Assembly: GCA_015064845.1 (NCBI GenBank)
Contig: SVRL01000002.1
Coordinates: 10,508 to 74,507, forward strand
Reading direction: 5' to 3'
Length of the DNA stretch: 64,000 nucleotides
DNA from: Oscillospiraceae bacterium
GTDB lineage: Bacteria > Bacillota > Clostridia > Oscillospirales > CAG-272
Shown: positions 50,935 to 61,087 of the stretch, in pieces
Numbering within the stretch: position 1 is the first letter of the stretch
How the letters are laid out: each line of letters starts with the position of its first letter
Position numbers and translations under genes: made by a program
The notes under the pieces: generated by a model
Told to the model about the DNA's origin: nothing
The model's database searches: none
What the model saw: only the letters and a program-made list of their open reading frames with translations

Positions 50935-53274
50935 TTATAAATGAAAATCAATTTGAACAGTTTCGTTTTGTGTCGTATTCAATTCGATTTCATTTGCGGA
51001 AATTACGGTATACATGCCGTTAATTTTTGCATTTACAATATTTTCATAACGGATACGGCAATTTCCACCGATACGGGCAGTAATACGCATTTGTGTGATT
51101 TTACGGTCTTTCCAATCACATCCGCAAACGAAATTGCCTCTTGCCACAAGTCCGTCAAATGAGCCGTTTTCCCAAACGTCGGGGATTGCCGCAAGAAAAT
51201 CAATAAAGCCTGCTTGGCTTTGTAAAAGCATTTCGGAAACGCCCGCAACCGCGCCGAAGTTTCCGTCGATTTGGAAAGGCGGATGTGTACCCCAAAGATT
51301 CGGTAGTGTATTATTTTTCAAAATGGATTGGTAAAGATTGAATGCGCGGTTGCCGATTCCCGTTCTTGCCCATGCGCAAAGTCTGTGCGCCGCCGCCCAG
51401 CCCGTAGATTGATCCGAGCGTTTGGTCAGCGTAACTTCCGCTCCTTTTAACCATTCGGGCGTATTTTTATTGATGAGCGTAGCGGGATATAAGCCAACAA
51501 GATGGGAAATATGGCGATGTTCGTATTCTCCGATTTCTCCATAGTGTCCTTCTTCGCGGAATTCTTTGATTTGACCGTCAAGACCGATCTGCACGGGATC
51601 CAAACGATCAATCTGACTGCGCACGATATCCAGCACGGGATCGTTTTCAATGCCCAAGGCATCTGCCGCCAGAAGTACGCATTTATGATTTTCATAAATC
51701 ATCTGTTGGTCAAACGCGCATCCGACAGTCTGATAATAGGTTCCGTCTTGCATTTGTTGTTCGGGAGAAGCGGAATTTCGAACGAGAAGCTTTCCGTCGG
51801 TTTCCACCAGTACTTTTGACAAAAACAGCGACATTTCGCGTAAAAACGGATAACCAATCTTTCTCAGGTATTCTTTATCGCCTGTGAAGGCATAATAATC
51901 CCAGAAAAGAAGCGAGGTAAAGCCACCCGTTCCCGGTCCGGAATGCAGTTCGGCTTTTCCAATATAATAAAGAAATGCCGCAGTTCCCATGAACCAACCG
52001 TTTTCGCCGTCGGGCGAAAGGTGTTCGGGATAAAGGGTTTTGATATAATCATCCGCAAGCGTACGCGCAGAAGAGATATATGCTTCGGCATAGTCAATAT
52101 AAGGGAGAAAACATTCCGAAAGATTGGCGATGCCGCTGGGCCAATAATTCATCTGTACGTTAATGTTGTGATGATAATCGCATCCCCAGGGAGAACTGTC
52201 GTAACAGGTCCAGGTGCCTTGCAGATTGGCAGGATATCCGCCTTTGCGGGAAGATGCAATCAGAAGATATCTTCCGTATTGATAAAGCAAGGTTTCCAGA
52301 TATGCGCTTCTTTTCCCTTCTTTATAATTTTGCAAAAGACGGTCCGTGGTAACGGAAAGATCATTTTCGTCATAACCGATGTCAAGGGTAACGGCTTTAT
52401 AGAGCTTTTCGTAATCTGAAAGATGAGTAGCATATAGCGAGGAATAATCTTTTTCGTAAGCAGCATTGAGAATTTCCGTCAACTTTTTATGCGGTGCGGG
52501 GTAGGGCGCAAGCTTCTTTTTCGGATCGTTTTCCGTGAATACGCGGGATTCCATTCGATAATTGGTTCCGCAGGTAAAGAGAAGAACGGCTTCATTAGCA
52601 TTTCTGACCTCAATGGCGTGATCCTTTACAAGAACGGTTCCTCCTTTGTTTTTGATTTTGGCTTGTCCTTCGGTTTGAATGGCGTAATAAGTCGATTCTC
52701 CGCGCATGATCAGACGGTCGTTTTGCGCAAAAACCGTACCCGTTCTGCCATAGCCGTCTCCTTCTTTGATGCAATAATCTTTGATGAACGGAATGTCCAA
52801 ACGGCAGTCCAACGAGATTTTACCGGTAACGGGAACACCGTTTTTCTCCGCCGTGAAATGAACGGCGAGAATGCGGTCGGGGTAACTGGTAAAATATTCT
52901 CTGTGGTAAGTGATGCCGTCGATTTCATAAGAAACGTAGGCGGTTGCCCGATCAACGGAAAGCCCGCGGCTGTAGTTTTCCACGTCTTTGTGGAAAGTAT
53001 CGATATAAATATCGCCAAAGGTTCTGGTGCCGCCCATACCTTCTTTCCAATGCGTACCATGAATACCCGGGTTGGAGACACTATTTTCCGTGATTTGTAG
53101 GCGTTCGGTTTCGATTCTGCCGAAAACACTGATGCCAAAATAGGAATTGCCGAGCGGCAAAGACCATTTTTCCCATCCGGCAAGCGGACGGTTATTCTGA
53201 CGCGAAAAATCTCCGTCATTTACCGTCGGCGCAGGAATGGTATACCGTAGATGCATTTCTGCTTGGTGTGCCAT
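50935..53274 (-). CDS. Glycoside hydrolase family 95 (alpha-L-fucosidase-like)
   Basis: 779 aa. N-terminus W..SLPLGNSYFG..VFG..ETERLQITENS, then ANLQGTW...WGCDYHHNINVQMNYWP, typical of GH95. No signal peptide. Confidence 0.9.
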   Translation of the reverse strand: MAHQAEMHLRYTIPAPTVNDGDFSRQNNRPLAGWEKWSLPLGNSYFGISVFGRIETERLQITENSVSNPGIHGTHWKEGMGGTRTFGDIYIDTFHKDVENYSRGLSVDRATAYVSYEIDGITYHREYFTSYPDRILAVHFTAEKNGVPVTGKISLDCRLDIPFIKDYCIKEGDGYGRTGTVFAQNDRLIMRGESTYYAIQTEGQAKIKNKGGTVLVKDHAIEVRNANEAVLLFTCGTNYRMESRVFTENDPKKKLAPYPAPHKKLTEILNAAYEKDYSSLYATHLSDYEKLYKAVTLDIGYDENDLSVTTDRLLQNYKEGKRSAYLETLLYQYGRYLLIASSRKGGYPANLQGTWTCYDSSPWGCDYHHNINVQMNYWPSGIANLSECFLPYIDYAEAYISSARTLADDYIKTLYPEHLSPDGENGWFMGTAAFLYYIGKAELHSGPGTGGFTSLLFWDYYAFTGDKEYLRKIGYPFLREMSLFLSKVLVETDGKLLVRNSASPEQQMQDGTYYQTVGCAFDQQMIYENHKCVLLAADALGIENDPVLDIVRSQIDRLDPVQIGLDGQIKEFREEGHYGEIGEYEHRHISHLVGLYPATLINKNTPEWLKGAEVTLTKRSDQSTGWAAAHRLCAWARTGIGNRAFNLYQSILKNNTLPNLWGTHPPFQIDGNFGAVAGVSEMLLQSQAGFIDFLAAIPDVWENGSFDGLVARGNFVCGCDWKDRKITQMRITARIGGNCRIRYENIVNAKINGMYTVISANEIELNTTQNETVQIDFHL

Positions 53275-53411
53275 ATATAATTCCTTTCTTTAAAATACTT
53301 TTTGGTTTATTATATCATGAAGTCCGTAATTTGTAAACAAAAAATTTTGAAATGAAAAAGTTAATTTTTGAAAATTTTGTTTGCGTATGACGGAAAGGCT
53401 TTCTCCGTATA

Positions 53412-53440
53412 TTGACAAGAAAAGAAAAAAAGATTATAAT
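53412..53440 (+). promoter_or_regulatory. Consensus promoter of glcK
   Basis: TTGACA (53412-53417), 17-bp spacer, TATAAT (53435-53440). Confidence 0.6.
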
Positions 53441-53502
53441 AAAACTATATCAAAAATGAAAATATGAAAGTAATTTCATTATTAAAGAAAGGAATATGAA
53501 CT

Positions 53503-54465
53503 ATGAAGTACAGCATTGGTGTTGATCTCGGCGGAACAAATATTGCGGTTGGTATTGTGGACGAGTCCTATCGCATTATCAAAAAAGGATCCGTTCCCAC
53601 GCTTGCGCAAAGAGGACCGGAACCCATTATTCACGATATGGCGGAGCTTTGCAAAAAGCTTTTGGAAGAATGTGAAATTTCCGTTGCTGATGTTGCGGGC
53701 GCGGGCATTGCATCTCCCGGAACAGTCAATCCGGACAGCGGTATTGTAGAATACGCAAATAATATCAAATTTTCCGATTTCCCTCTGGTTGCACTTTTCT
53801 CCAAGGAAATGGGAATGCCTGCGGAAAAGGTTAAAATCGGAAATGATGCAAATCTTGCGGCACTTGGCGAAGCGGTTGCCGGCGCGGCAAAGGGTTCCAA
53901 GTCTTCCGTTATGATTACACTCGGAACGGGTGTCGGCGGCGGCGTTATTCTTGACGGAATGGTTTTGACGGGCTGCGCATACGGCGGCGCGGAACTTGGT
54001 CACATGGTAATTGAAAAGGACGGCAGACAGTGTTCTTGCGGCAGAAAAGGTTGCCTTGAAGCTTATTGCTCTGCAACGGCTCTTGTAAAACTGACCAAAG
54101 AAAAATTTGAAGAAGCTCCCGATTCTCTTATGCGTGAAATGTGCGAAAATGATATTAACCGCGTTGGCGGAAAAACAGCGTTTGCCGCAATGAAAAAAGG
54201 CGACAAGGCGGGAGCAGAGGTTGTGGAAACCTATCTTTCCTATCTGGCGTGCGGTGTTGCCAACCTGATCAACATCTTCCAGCCCGAAATCTTTACCATT
54301 GGCGGCGGTGTTTCCGGAGAAGGAGACAATTTGATTATTCCGCTGAAAGAGAAAGTTTGCAAAGAAACGTACTCCAAGGATAACACCTTGAAAACGGACC
54401 TTCGTATTGCAAGACTCGGAAACGATGCCGGAATCATCGGTGCTGCTGCTTTTGCAACGAAATAA
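53503..54465 (+). CDS. glcK: ROK-family glucokinase
   Basis: 320 aa. Has IGVDLGGTNIAVG and the ROK zinc motif CSCGRKGCLEAYCS. Confidence 0.9.
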   Translation: MKYSIGVDLGGTNIAVGIVDESYRIIKKGSVPTLAQRGPEPIIHDMAELCKKLLEECEISVADVAGAGIASPGTVNPDSGIVEYANNIKFSDFPLVALFSKEMGMPAEKVKIGNDANLAALGEAVAGAAKGSKSSVMITLGTGVGGGVILDGMVLTGCAYGGAELGHMVIEKDGRQCSCGRKGCLEAYCSATALVKLTKEKFEEAPDSLMREMCENDINRVGGKTAFAAMKKGDKAGAEVVETYLSYLACGVANLINIFQPEIFTIGGGVSGEGDNLIIPLKEKVCKETYSKDNTLKTDLRIARLGNDAGIIGAAAFATK

Positions 54466-54511
54466 ATTCCTATTATCCTAATGTTTTAAGAAAGGACGGC
54501 GCAGACAAACG

Positions 54512-55471
54512 TTGAAGCCCACTGCGAAAAAAACAACCGTAAAGCTCGGCGCTTCCGCCGTGCTTGCGACGGGAATTACTCTTGCTTCCCGTTTTGATCT
54601 TGCAATTTCATCCGCGCTTGCGGGACTTGCAAAAACGGAAAACGTTTTCACGCTTTCCGTTCCGAAATTTGCCGCGTTGCTGGAAATCATCGGCGAATGG
54701 GCGCCCTCCGTTTTGGCGGCGACATCGGTTTTGATTGTCGGACAGGAAGGTGCCGAGCTCTATGAGGGGCATGAAATGACTGCAAAGCTTTCTTCCTTCA
54801 TTCCTGCGACGGCGTTGATGGCGTATGCTACGACGAAAACCATGGAATATTTGAAATATCCCATTTCCGGTGCGCTTTCCGCAGCGTTGATTGCTTCGGT
54901 TGCTTTTGCCGTTTCGGCAATGCTTTATCTGCTCATCGGCAAAATTCCGGATGATATCCGAAAGAAGATTTTTTTGCCTGCGGCGTATACTTTAGCGGCC
55001 TCTTGCGCTGTTTTGTTTACAGTTTCCGTCATCAAGACCTTGTGGGGACGTGTGCGTTTGAGAGAGCTTGTGAGTATGAATTCCCTTGAGGAATATACGC
55101 CGTGGTATTACCCAAACTTCTTTTCCGGTTCTCATTCTTTCCCGTCCGGTCATACTGCACATGCAACGTTACTGTTGATGCTTCCGAAATGGCTTTCGGG
55201 AAAAGGAGAGAAGTACCGTCCCGCAATGAATGCCGTTTGCTTTGGCTTTATTGCTTTGATGGCTTTTTCGCGGCTGGCTGCGGGGGCACATTTTCTGTCG
55301 GACATTCTTTTCGGATTTTTGATTGCATTCGGTATCACGGAAACCGTTAAGAAGCTATATGCACATCATGACGAAACGCTCGAGAAGCTTTCCGATATTT
55401 GGGATGGCATACAGGAAAAAGCATTTCCGCATATGAGAAATGCAAAAAAACAAAATCAATTTAACCCGTAG
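54512..55471 (+). CDS. PAP2-family membrane phosphatase
   Basis: 319 aa. Has SFPSGHTAHA and SRLAAGAHFLSD motifs. The TTG start has a poorly placed SD, so the start is uncertain. Confidence 0.75.
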   Translation: MKPTAKKTTVKLGASAVLATGITLASRFDLAISSALAGLAKTENVFTLSVPKFAALLEIIGEWAPSVLAATSVLIVGQEGAELYEGHEMTAKLSSFIPATALMAYATTKTMEYLKYPISGALSAALIASVAFAVSAMLYLLIGKIPDDIRKKIFLPAAYTLAASCAVLFTVSVIKTLWGRVRLRELVSMNSLEEYTPWYYPNFFSGSHSFPSGHTAHATLLLMLPKWLSGKGEKYRPAMNAVCFGFIALMAFSRLAAGAHFLSDILFGFLIAFGITETVKKLYAHHDETLEKLSDIWDGIQEKAFPHMRNAKKQNQFNP

Positions 55472-56022
55472 TATCTTAAAATACCATTATAAATGCCCCG
55501 CGCAATCAGAGTTGGGTTTTCTGCCATCAGACGTGCATCGCCGCTGTTGGTAATGAACCCGATTTCAAGGAGAAGCGCGGGCATTTCCGTTCTTCGCAAA
55601 ACATAAAGGGTAGGACGGGCAAATACCCCTCTGTCCGTCAGTCCCGTTGCTTCGGAAAGACCCGTTAAAATATCCTGCGCGAGCGGAAAGGCAGGAGATG
55701 ATGTACTGTAAACAAAAGCTTCGCTTCCCGAAGCGCTGAGAATGTTGGATGCGTTGGCGTGCAGACTGATAAATGCATCTGCATTCCATTCGTTTGCTTC
55801 GTTGACACGTGTGGCAAGGCTGGTGGCGGTGCTGGTTCCGAGGATTTCGTCGGGATCGTTTCGGGAGGTTCTTGCTTCAAAATTCGGATTTTGATTTAAA
55901 AGATCCGCAAGCGCGCGTCCGATGGTATAGACGAGATCCTGTTCACGGTAGCCGTTTCCTTCCGCGCCTGCATTGGGATTCATGGGATTGTGTCCTTGAT
56001 CGATAAAGATTTTGATTGCCAT
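55456..56022 (-). CDS. N-acetylmuramoyl-L-alanine amidase (Amidase_3), no signal peptide
   Basis: 188 aa from the ATG at 56022 (GGAG 9 nt upstream). Has MAIKIFIDQGHN...ISLHANA...EIGF. The 3' end overlaps the convergent PAP2 gene by 16 nt. Confidence 0.85.
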   Translation of the reverse strand: MAIKIFIDQGHNPMNPNAGAEGNGYREQDLVYTIGRALADLLNQNPNFEARTSRNDPDEILGTSTATSLATRVNEANEWNADAFISLHANASNILSASGSEAFVYSTSSPAFPLAQDILTGLSEATGLTDRGVFARPTLYVLRRTEMPALLLEIGFITNSGDARLMAENPTLIARGIYNGILRYYGLN

Positions 56023-56213
56023 AATAAATTCTCCGTTTTTGATTGATATTCTTTTCTCATCATATGCAAGGGCTTTTTTTCTGTGAACAGTCTCTGAAAA
56101 GAAGATTTTTGAATCATGGAAATATGCGCAAATCAGATCCGCGATCGAATTTGGTTCCAAGTTTTCAAAAACTGAATTACGGCGGCAACTTCCGACGGGC
56201 ATTGCCCGCTTTC

Positions 56214-56241
56214 TTGACATTTTTCGGTTTTATGCTATAAT
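56214..56241 (+). promoter_or_regulatory. Promoter of the SDR gene
   Basis: TTGACA (56214-56219), 16-bp spacer, TGcTATAAT (-10 at 56236-56241). Confidence 0.6.
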
Positions 56242-56270
56242 AATATCAAAAAGGGAAAGGAATCGGATAA

Positions 56271-57062
56271 ATGAACTACATACTTGTTACGGGCGCATAC
56301 GGAGGAATGGGACGAAAAACGACGCAGGCTTTGGCAGAAAAAGGGTTTACGGTTTTTGCGCTTGACAGAAAAACGGAAAGCGCGCAGGAAAATATCATTC
56401 CGATTCAAGCGGATATTACAGATGAGGAAAGCATTCTTCGCGCTGTTCAACGCGTAAAAGAAACCACGGACAGACTTTTTGCCATTGTTCATTTTGCGGG
56501 TGTTTATATGCTGGATTCTCTTGCTGAAATGGAAAGCGAAAGTTTTGAGCGTATTTTCCGTATCAATGTATTTGGCGCTTTTCTGATTAACAAAGCTTTT
56601 CTCCCGTTTTTGGGGAAAGGGAGCCGTATTCTCATAACGACCAGCGAGCTTGCCCCGTTGGCTCCGCTTCCTTTTACGGGGATTTACGCCGTTACGAAGA
56701 GTGCGCTTGATCAATATGCATATTCGCTTCGCATGGAGTTGCAACTCCTCGGTATTGAAGTTTCCGTGCTTCGCGCGGGCGCTGTGGATACGGGAATGCT
56801 CGGCGTTTCCACATCGGCGCTTGACCGTTTTTGCGAAAATACGGCGCTTTATTCCTGCAACGCAAAGCGTTTTAAAAGTATTGTGGAAAGCGTGGAAGCA
56901 AGATGTATTCCTCCTGAAAAAATCGCGGAAAAAACTGAGAAAATTCTCGGTAAAAAGCATGTGAAATTTGCTTATGCCGTCAACCGCAATCCGCTTTTAC
57001 TCATGTTGAATTGTTTGCCCAAGCGGACACAGCTTTGGATTATCAAAAAGATTTTGGAATAA
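56271..57062 (+). CDS. SDR-family oxidoreductase
   Basis: 263 aa. Has the TGAYGGMG cofactor motif and the YAVTKSA catalytic motif. Confidence 0.85.
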   Translation: MNYILVTGAYGGMGRKTTQALAEKGFTVFALDRKTESAQENIIPIQADITDEESILRAVQRVKETTDRLFAIVHFAGVYMLDSLAEMESESFERIFRINVFGAFLINKAFLPFLGKGSRILITTSELAPLAPLPFTGIYAVTKSALDQYAYSLRMELQLLGIEVSVLRAGAVDTGMLGVSTSALDRFCENTALYSCNAKRFKSIVESVEARCIPPEKIAEKTEKILGKKHVKFAYAVNRNPLLLMLNCLPKRTQLWIIKKILE

Positions 57063-57126
57063 AGTCAGTCCATCAACACTGAAAATATACGCAGTCAAAT
57101 CATAAAAACAACGGAGAATACGAAAG

Positions 57127-57690
57127 ATGACGGAGATTGAAAAAATATTGTATGCCAAATCGTTTATAGACAAAATGGCAAACGGCGTAAATCCTTTGGA
57201 TAATACGCCCATTCCCGAAGGAGAACTTTTGAACCACGTGCGGATTTCACGATGCCTTTTCTATGTTTCGGAACTTTTGGAAAAGATGGCGGAAACGGAA
57301 GGAGAAAAAAAGAAAACGGAACCGAAAATTCCGTTTTTTGCCACGGAGGAACAAATCGCTAAATTTGATTATACGTTCCATCCCATTACCGCAAGTGAGA
57401 TCATCAAACGCATGGATGAAGCGGTTGGAAATCCCCGCATGAAATCGGTTGCCGTACAGTTTGTGAACCGATGGCTGATTGAGGAAGGATATTTGTTCAA
57501 TGACAGCGAAGTGATTTCGGGAAAACCGCAAAAGATGCCCACGCAAAAAGGCAGTGGGCTTGGGATCACGGCAACGCTGAAAGAAGGAAAAGCCGGCCCT
57601 TACATGTCTTTGCAATACAGCACCCAGGCACAAAAATTCATAGTAAAAAATATAAATGCCATTGCGCAGGCAGGGCAGAAAAAAGAATAA
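57127..57690 (+). CDS. Hypothetical protein (187 aa)
   Basis: Clean ORF with GGAG upstream and a terminator downstream. I recognise no family. Confidence 0.65.
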   Translation: MTEIEKILYAKSFIDKMANGVNPLDNTPIPEGELLNHVRISRCLFYVSELLEKMAETEGEKKKTEPKIPFFATEEQIAKFDYTFHPITASEIIKRMDEAVGNPRMKSVAVQFVNRWLIEEGYLFNDSEVISGKPQKMPTQKGSGLGITATLKEGKAGPYMSLQYSTQAQKFIVKNINAIAQAGQKKE

Positions 57691-57694
57691 ATAT

Positions 57695-57721
57695 AAAAAC
57701 CGCAGATTTTCTGCGGTTTTT
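57695..57721. terminator. Bidirectional terminator
   Basis: aaaaaccgcaga-ttt-tctgcggttttt between convergent genes. Confidence 0.85.
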
Positions 57722-57734
57722 ATGGCTTTTACTA

Positions 57735-58307
57735 TTATAAAACGAGAGCAAGACAGAACAAAAGGGAAATGGAAACCGCGCTTCCTCCAATCAGCTGAGG
57801 AACGGTGTGGTGTTTGGCTTTTACGCTTGCAACGTAAGCAAACACGGTTACAACTGCCATCAAAGCGGCGGGGAGATAAAGTCCGAAATAAAGAAGAAGG
57901 AAAATCGGACCTGCAGATCCGCAGCCGTGTGCGCTGAGCTTGATGTGCAGAATTTTATTGAAGACGAGAATCAGAATGCCGGAAAGCAAATATTCCAGGC
58001 AAATGATCCACATTCCGTTTGAGGGCGCGGTAAAAAGATTGGTGATCAAGCAGAAAATGTAACCGGCAACAGCAAAAAGCATGGCGAGCGTTCTCTGGCC
58101 GTCTCTGCCTTTGTTTTTGAAATGAGGCGTTACCGATTGAAGCGGATATGCCAAAAGGGGAAGAATACCGAGGTAGAGCATCATGTAACTCCAATGCCAT
58201 ACGGTCGGGAAAACATCGGGACAGAAAAGACCGATCATCGCGATGGAAAATGACGCCAAAACAGGCGCGAGCGTAATAATACGAACGATTTTACAAAATT
58301 TATCCAT
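57735..58307 (-). CDS. Membrane protein, possibly a divergent PAP2-like phosphatase
   Basis: 190 aa, about 6 TM. Has KNKGRDGQR, SAHG and KHHTVPQLIGG in the order of the PAP2 C1-C3 motifs, but the match is degenerate. SD GGAGGAG. Confidence 0.65.
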   Translation of the reverse strand: MDKFCKIVRIITLAPVLASFSIAMIGLFCPDVFPTVWHWSYMMLYLGILPLLAYPLQSVTPHFKNKGRDGQRTLAMLFAVAGYIFCLITNLFTAPSNGMWIICLEYLLSGILILVFNKILHIKLSAHGCGSAGPIFLLLYFGLYLPAALMAVVTVFAYVASVKAKHHTVPQLIGGSAVSISLLFCLALVL

Positions 58308-58539
58308 TTTTAACTCCTCCTAAACAATCAAAACCATAAATGTGTTTTTTCAAACGCACGATTTTGTTATCAACTCTTTTTCATCTGGTTTTCAAAACTA
58401 TTATAATCGTTTACCATAATTTTGTCAATAGTTTTGCAAAAATATTTTATCCGTTTCTAAAAAAAATATTGCTTTTTTTGAAAAAATGTGTTATAATAAT
58501 TGAAAATATCAAAATATACGATGTGAAAAGGAATGACTT

Positions 58540-59202
58540 ATGATGGAAAAGAATGATTTTTTGAGTTCATGCGATGCTGTCGGCTCCCTGCATTTTCCCC
58601 GCTGGCAGGAACTTCCCGAATTTGAATTGTATATGGATCAGGTAATTGCGCTTGCGGAAAAATATCTGAGCGTTCTGACTCCCGATCATAAGGTGCCGAT
58701 CACACCGTCTATGATTAACAATTATGTCAAAAGCGGAGCTTTGCCTCCTCCGAAAAATAAAAAATATAACCGTACGCATCTTGCGCTTCTGATGATTATT
58801 TGTTCCATGAAATCCGTGATGGAGATATCGTCCATTTCCGATATCGTCCGTCAAAGCATTTCATCAAGCAGTATAGAAAGCGTTCTGGATACGTTTGCCG
58901 AGATGTATGAAAGTTCGGTTTCCACCGCCGCGAAAAAAGCAAGACTTGCCGTTTCCGCTTCCTCTTCCGACCATATTTTCAGTTCCATTGCCATTGAAAA
59001 TGCTTTACGCGCCAGTGCAGCCAGAACGGTTGCAATGTATGCATACAGCATGATTGAAACCAAGACAGAATCTTCGGAAGAAGAAAAGGAAAAAACAAAA
59101 GCAGAGAAAAAAGCGGAAAAGAAGGCTGAAAAAGCAGAAAGAAAAGCCGAAAAAACAAAAGAAGAAGAAATGAAAGAAAATTTTGAAGAAACAAAGTCTT
59201 AA
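58540..59202 (+). CDS. DUF1836 domain protein with a Lys/Glu-rich C-terminal tail
   Basis: 220 aa. Has FPRWQELPEFELYMDQVI...ITPSMINNYVKSGALPPP.KKKYNRTHLA. The tail is KAEKKAEKKAEKAERKAEK. Confidence 0.8.
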   Translation: MMEKNDFLSSCDAVGSLHFPRWQELPEFELYMDQVIALAEKYLSVLTPDHKVPITPSMINNYVKSGALPPPKNKKYNRTHLALLMIICSMKSVMEISSISDIVRQSISSSSIESVLDTFAEMYESSVSTAAKKARLAVSASSSDHIFSSIAIENALRASAARTVAMYAYSMIETKTESSEEEKEKTKAEKKAEKKAEKAERKAEKTKEEEMKENFEETKS

Positions 59203-59268
59203 TTTTGCATAAAATAAAATCCTTCGAATACAATGTTTAACAAAAACATCAGATTCGGAGGATTTTTT

Positions 59269-59754
59269 ATGTTCGTTTATTCCATTCGTTCGGCGACCAT
59301 CAAATTCGTTTGCGCCATTGCGCTTTCTCTTGTTGTTTTGATCTCCTTGGTTGTGTTGATTCCTTCTTACAGTGCAAAGGAAGGTGCTCCCGTTGCTTCC
59401 GATATTTCCTATACGAAAATATACGAAAACAGCGACCGTCTTGCTTTCATTGAGCAGTTTGGTTGGAAGGTTTCGGAAACACCTTTGGAAACCGTGGAAG
59501 TTTGCGTGCCGGAAACCTTTGATAACGTGTATCTCGGTTACAATGAAATGCAGAAAGAACAGGGATTGAATCTTGCTAAGTATAAAGGTAAAACCGTTAC
59601 CCGTTATACATACAAAGTGGAAAATTATCCCGATTATGAAGGAACCGTATATCTCAGTCTTCTCGTTTATAAAAACAAGGTCATCGGAGGCGACGTTTGT
59701 TCCGCGGACGTCAACGGCTTCGTTCACGGATTTGAAGCGCCGAGTGCTTCTTGA
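59269..59754 (+). CDS. DUF4830 domain protein
   Basis: 161 aa from the ATG after GGAGG. Has an N-terminal TM, then FIEQFGWKVSETPLETVEVCVPETFDNVYLGYNEMQKEQGLNLAKYKGK. Confidence 0.75.
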   Translation: MFVYSIRSATIKFVCAIALSLVVLISLVVLIPSYSAKEGAPVASDISYTKIYENSDRLAFIEQFGWKVSETPLETVEVCVPETFDNVYLGYNEMQKEQGLNLAKYKGKTVTRYTYKVENYPDYEGTVYLSLLVYKNKVIGGDVCSADVNGFVHGFEAPSAS

Positions 59755-59769
59755 ACAATGATAAAAGAA

Positions 59770-59816
59770 AAAGCACTTATGAAACGGAGTTTCCGTATCT
59801 CATAAGTGCTTTGTTT
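59770..59816. terminator. Bidirectional terminator (DUF4830 gene / ridA)
   Basis: 12-bp stem aagcacttatga / tcataagtgctt. Confidence 0.8.
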
Positions 59817-59824
59817 CATTGGAA

Positions 59825-60196
59825 TTATTTTGTTGCGATAACTTCTACTTCGCAGAGCGCGCCTTTGGGAAGATCCTTTGCAGCTACGCAAGAACGAGCG
59901 GGGAGGCTGATGAAGTATTTTGCATAGACTTCATTGAAAGCGGCAAAATCCGCAATGTCAGCCAAGAAGCAAGTGGTCTTTATAACGTTTTCAAAGCCCA
60001 TATCTGCTGCTGCGAGAACGGCTTTCAGATTTTCGCAAACCTGTGTTGCCTGTGTAACAACATCGTTGCCTGCAAATGCCCCCGTTGCGGGATCAAGACC
60101 GATTTGACCGGATGTAAAGAGGAAATCTCCGCATTGCATTGCCTGAGAGTAAGGTCCGACTGCTGCCGGTGCGTTGGTTGTGCTGATTTTTTTCAT
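59825..60196 (-). CDS. ridA: RidA family reactive-intermediate deaminase
   Basis: 123 aa. Has APAAVGPYSQA...TSGQIGLDP...CVAAKDLPKGALCEVEVIA, classic YjgF/RidA. Confidence 0.95.
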   Translation of the reverse strand: MKKISTTNAPAAVGPYSQAMQCGDFLFTSGQIGLDPATGAFAGNDVVTQATQVCENLKAVLAAADMGFENVIKTTCFLADIADFAAFNEVYAKYFISLPARSCVAAKDLPKGALCEVEVIATK

Positions 60197-60226
60197 AGAT
60201 GATACCTAACCTTTCATAAAAATAAA

Positions 60227-61087
60227 TTATAAGAATACCGCGCAAACACGATCGTTTCCGCCGAAATCTTTGTAAAATGCAAAAGAGAAACCGTAAGAAT
60301 CGCAAAGCGCAGTAAGTGCTTTTCTCTGATCGTATCCGATCTCCATCAGCAAAATGCCATCTTTTTTGATGTGTTTTGGACATACTTCAAGCAATCTGCG
60401 GTAAAAGCAAAGTCCATCCGCGCCGCCATCCAGCGCAATATGCGGTTCTTTTTGCACTTCGGGGGAAAGCGTTTCAATCACATCCGATCGGATATAGGGA
60501 GGATTGGAGACGATGAGATCAAATTCTCCTGCCTCTGCCAGAAAGTCAGACGAAAAAATGTCTGCCCGAATTGCCGTAAAACGATCGGTTAAGCCGAATT
60601 TTTCCGCATTTCTTATTGCAACCGAAAGTGCGCCTTCGGAAATATCATAGCCGACAGCGGTTGTGTTTTCCGTTTGTGAAAGCGCCGCAAGAGCAATGCA
60701 TCCGCTTCCCGTACAAATATCCGCAAAGCAAACTCCGGCAAGCGTTCCCCTCTTTTTTAGGGCGGAAACGAGTTTTTCGCAAAGAATTTCCGTATCTGCC
60801 TGGGGAATCAGACATTCGGGAGTTACGTCAAAACAAAGACCGTAAAACCATGCGTATCCCAGAATATATTCCAACGGTTCGGAGGTATTTCTTCTTTGAA
60901 CGATATTTTTTGCCAATGCTTGCGCTTCGGGAGAAATTTCTTTTCCCGAAAAGGGAATCATGGATATTTCAGTTTCCGAAAGCCGTAAAACGGATGCGAG
61001 AATTTCTTTTGCTTCATAAGACGCAGCTTCTTTAGCGGTTGGTAAAAGTAAATTTCGCAATTCTCTGTAAAATAAGTCTGTTCTCAT
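60227..61087 (-). CDS. prmC: Release factor glutamine N5-methyltransferase
   Basis: 286 aa from the ATG at 61087, overlapping the upstream stop (ATGA). Has the SAM motif DICTGSGCIA and the catalytic NPPY. Confidence 0.9.
   Translation of the reverse strand: MRTDLFYRELRNLLLPTAKEAASYEAKEILASVLRLSETEISMIPFSGKEISPEAQALAKNIVQRRNTSEPLEYILGYAWFYGLCFDVTPECLIPQADTEILCEKLVSALKKRGTLAGVCFADICTGSGCIALAALSQTENTTAVGYDISEGALSVAIRNAEKFGLTDRFTAIRADIFSSDFLAEAGEFDLIVSNPPYIRSDVIETLSPEVQKEPHIALDGGADGLCFYRRLLEVCPKHIKKDGILLMEIGYDQRKALTALCDSYGFSFAFYKDFGGNDRVCAVFL

Noticed and set aside
53463-53478. cre-like palindrome ATGAAAGTAATTTCAT between the glcK promoter and start codon
   Set aside because: It has only 6-bp AT-rich arms, and the central CG of the cre consensus (TGWAANCGNTNWCA) is missing. 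Such a sequence is easily produced by chance in AT-rich DNA.
56023-56220. 66-codon N-terminal extension of the amidase ORF
   Set aside because: No SD occurs at 56220 and the extension has no signal-peptide character. GGAG lies 9 nt before the ATG at 56022, which starts the conserved MAIKIFIDQGHN amidase_3 N-terminus.
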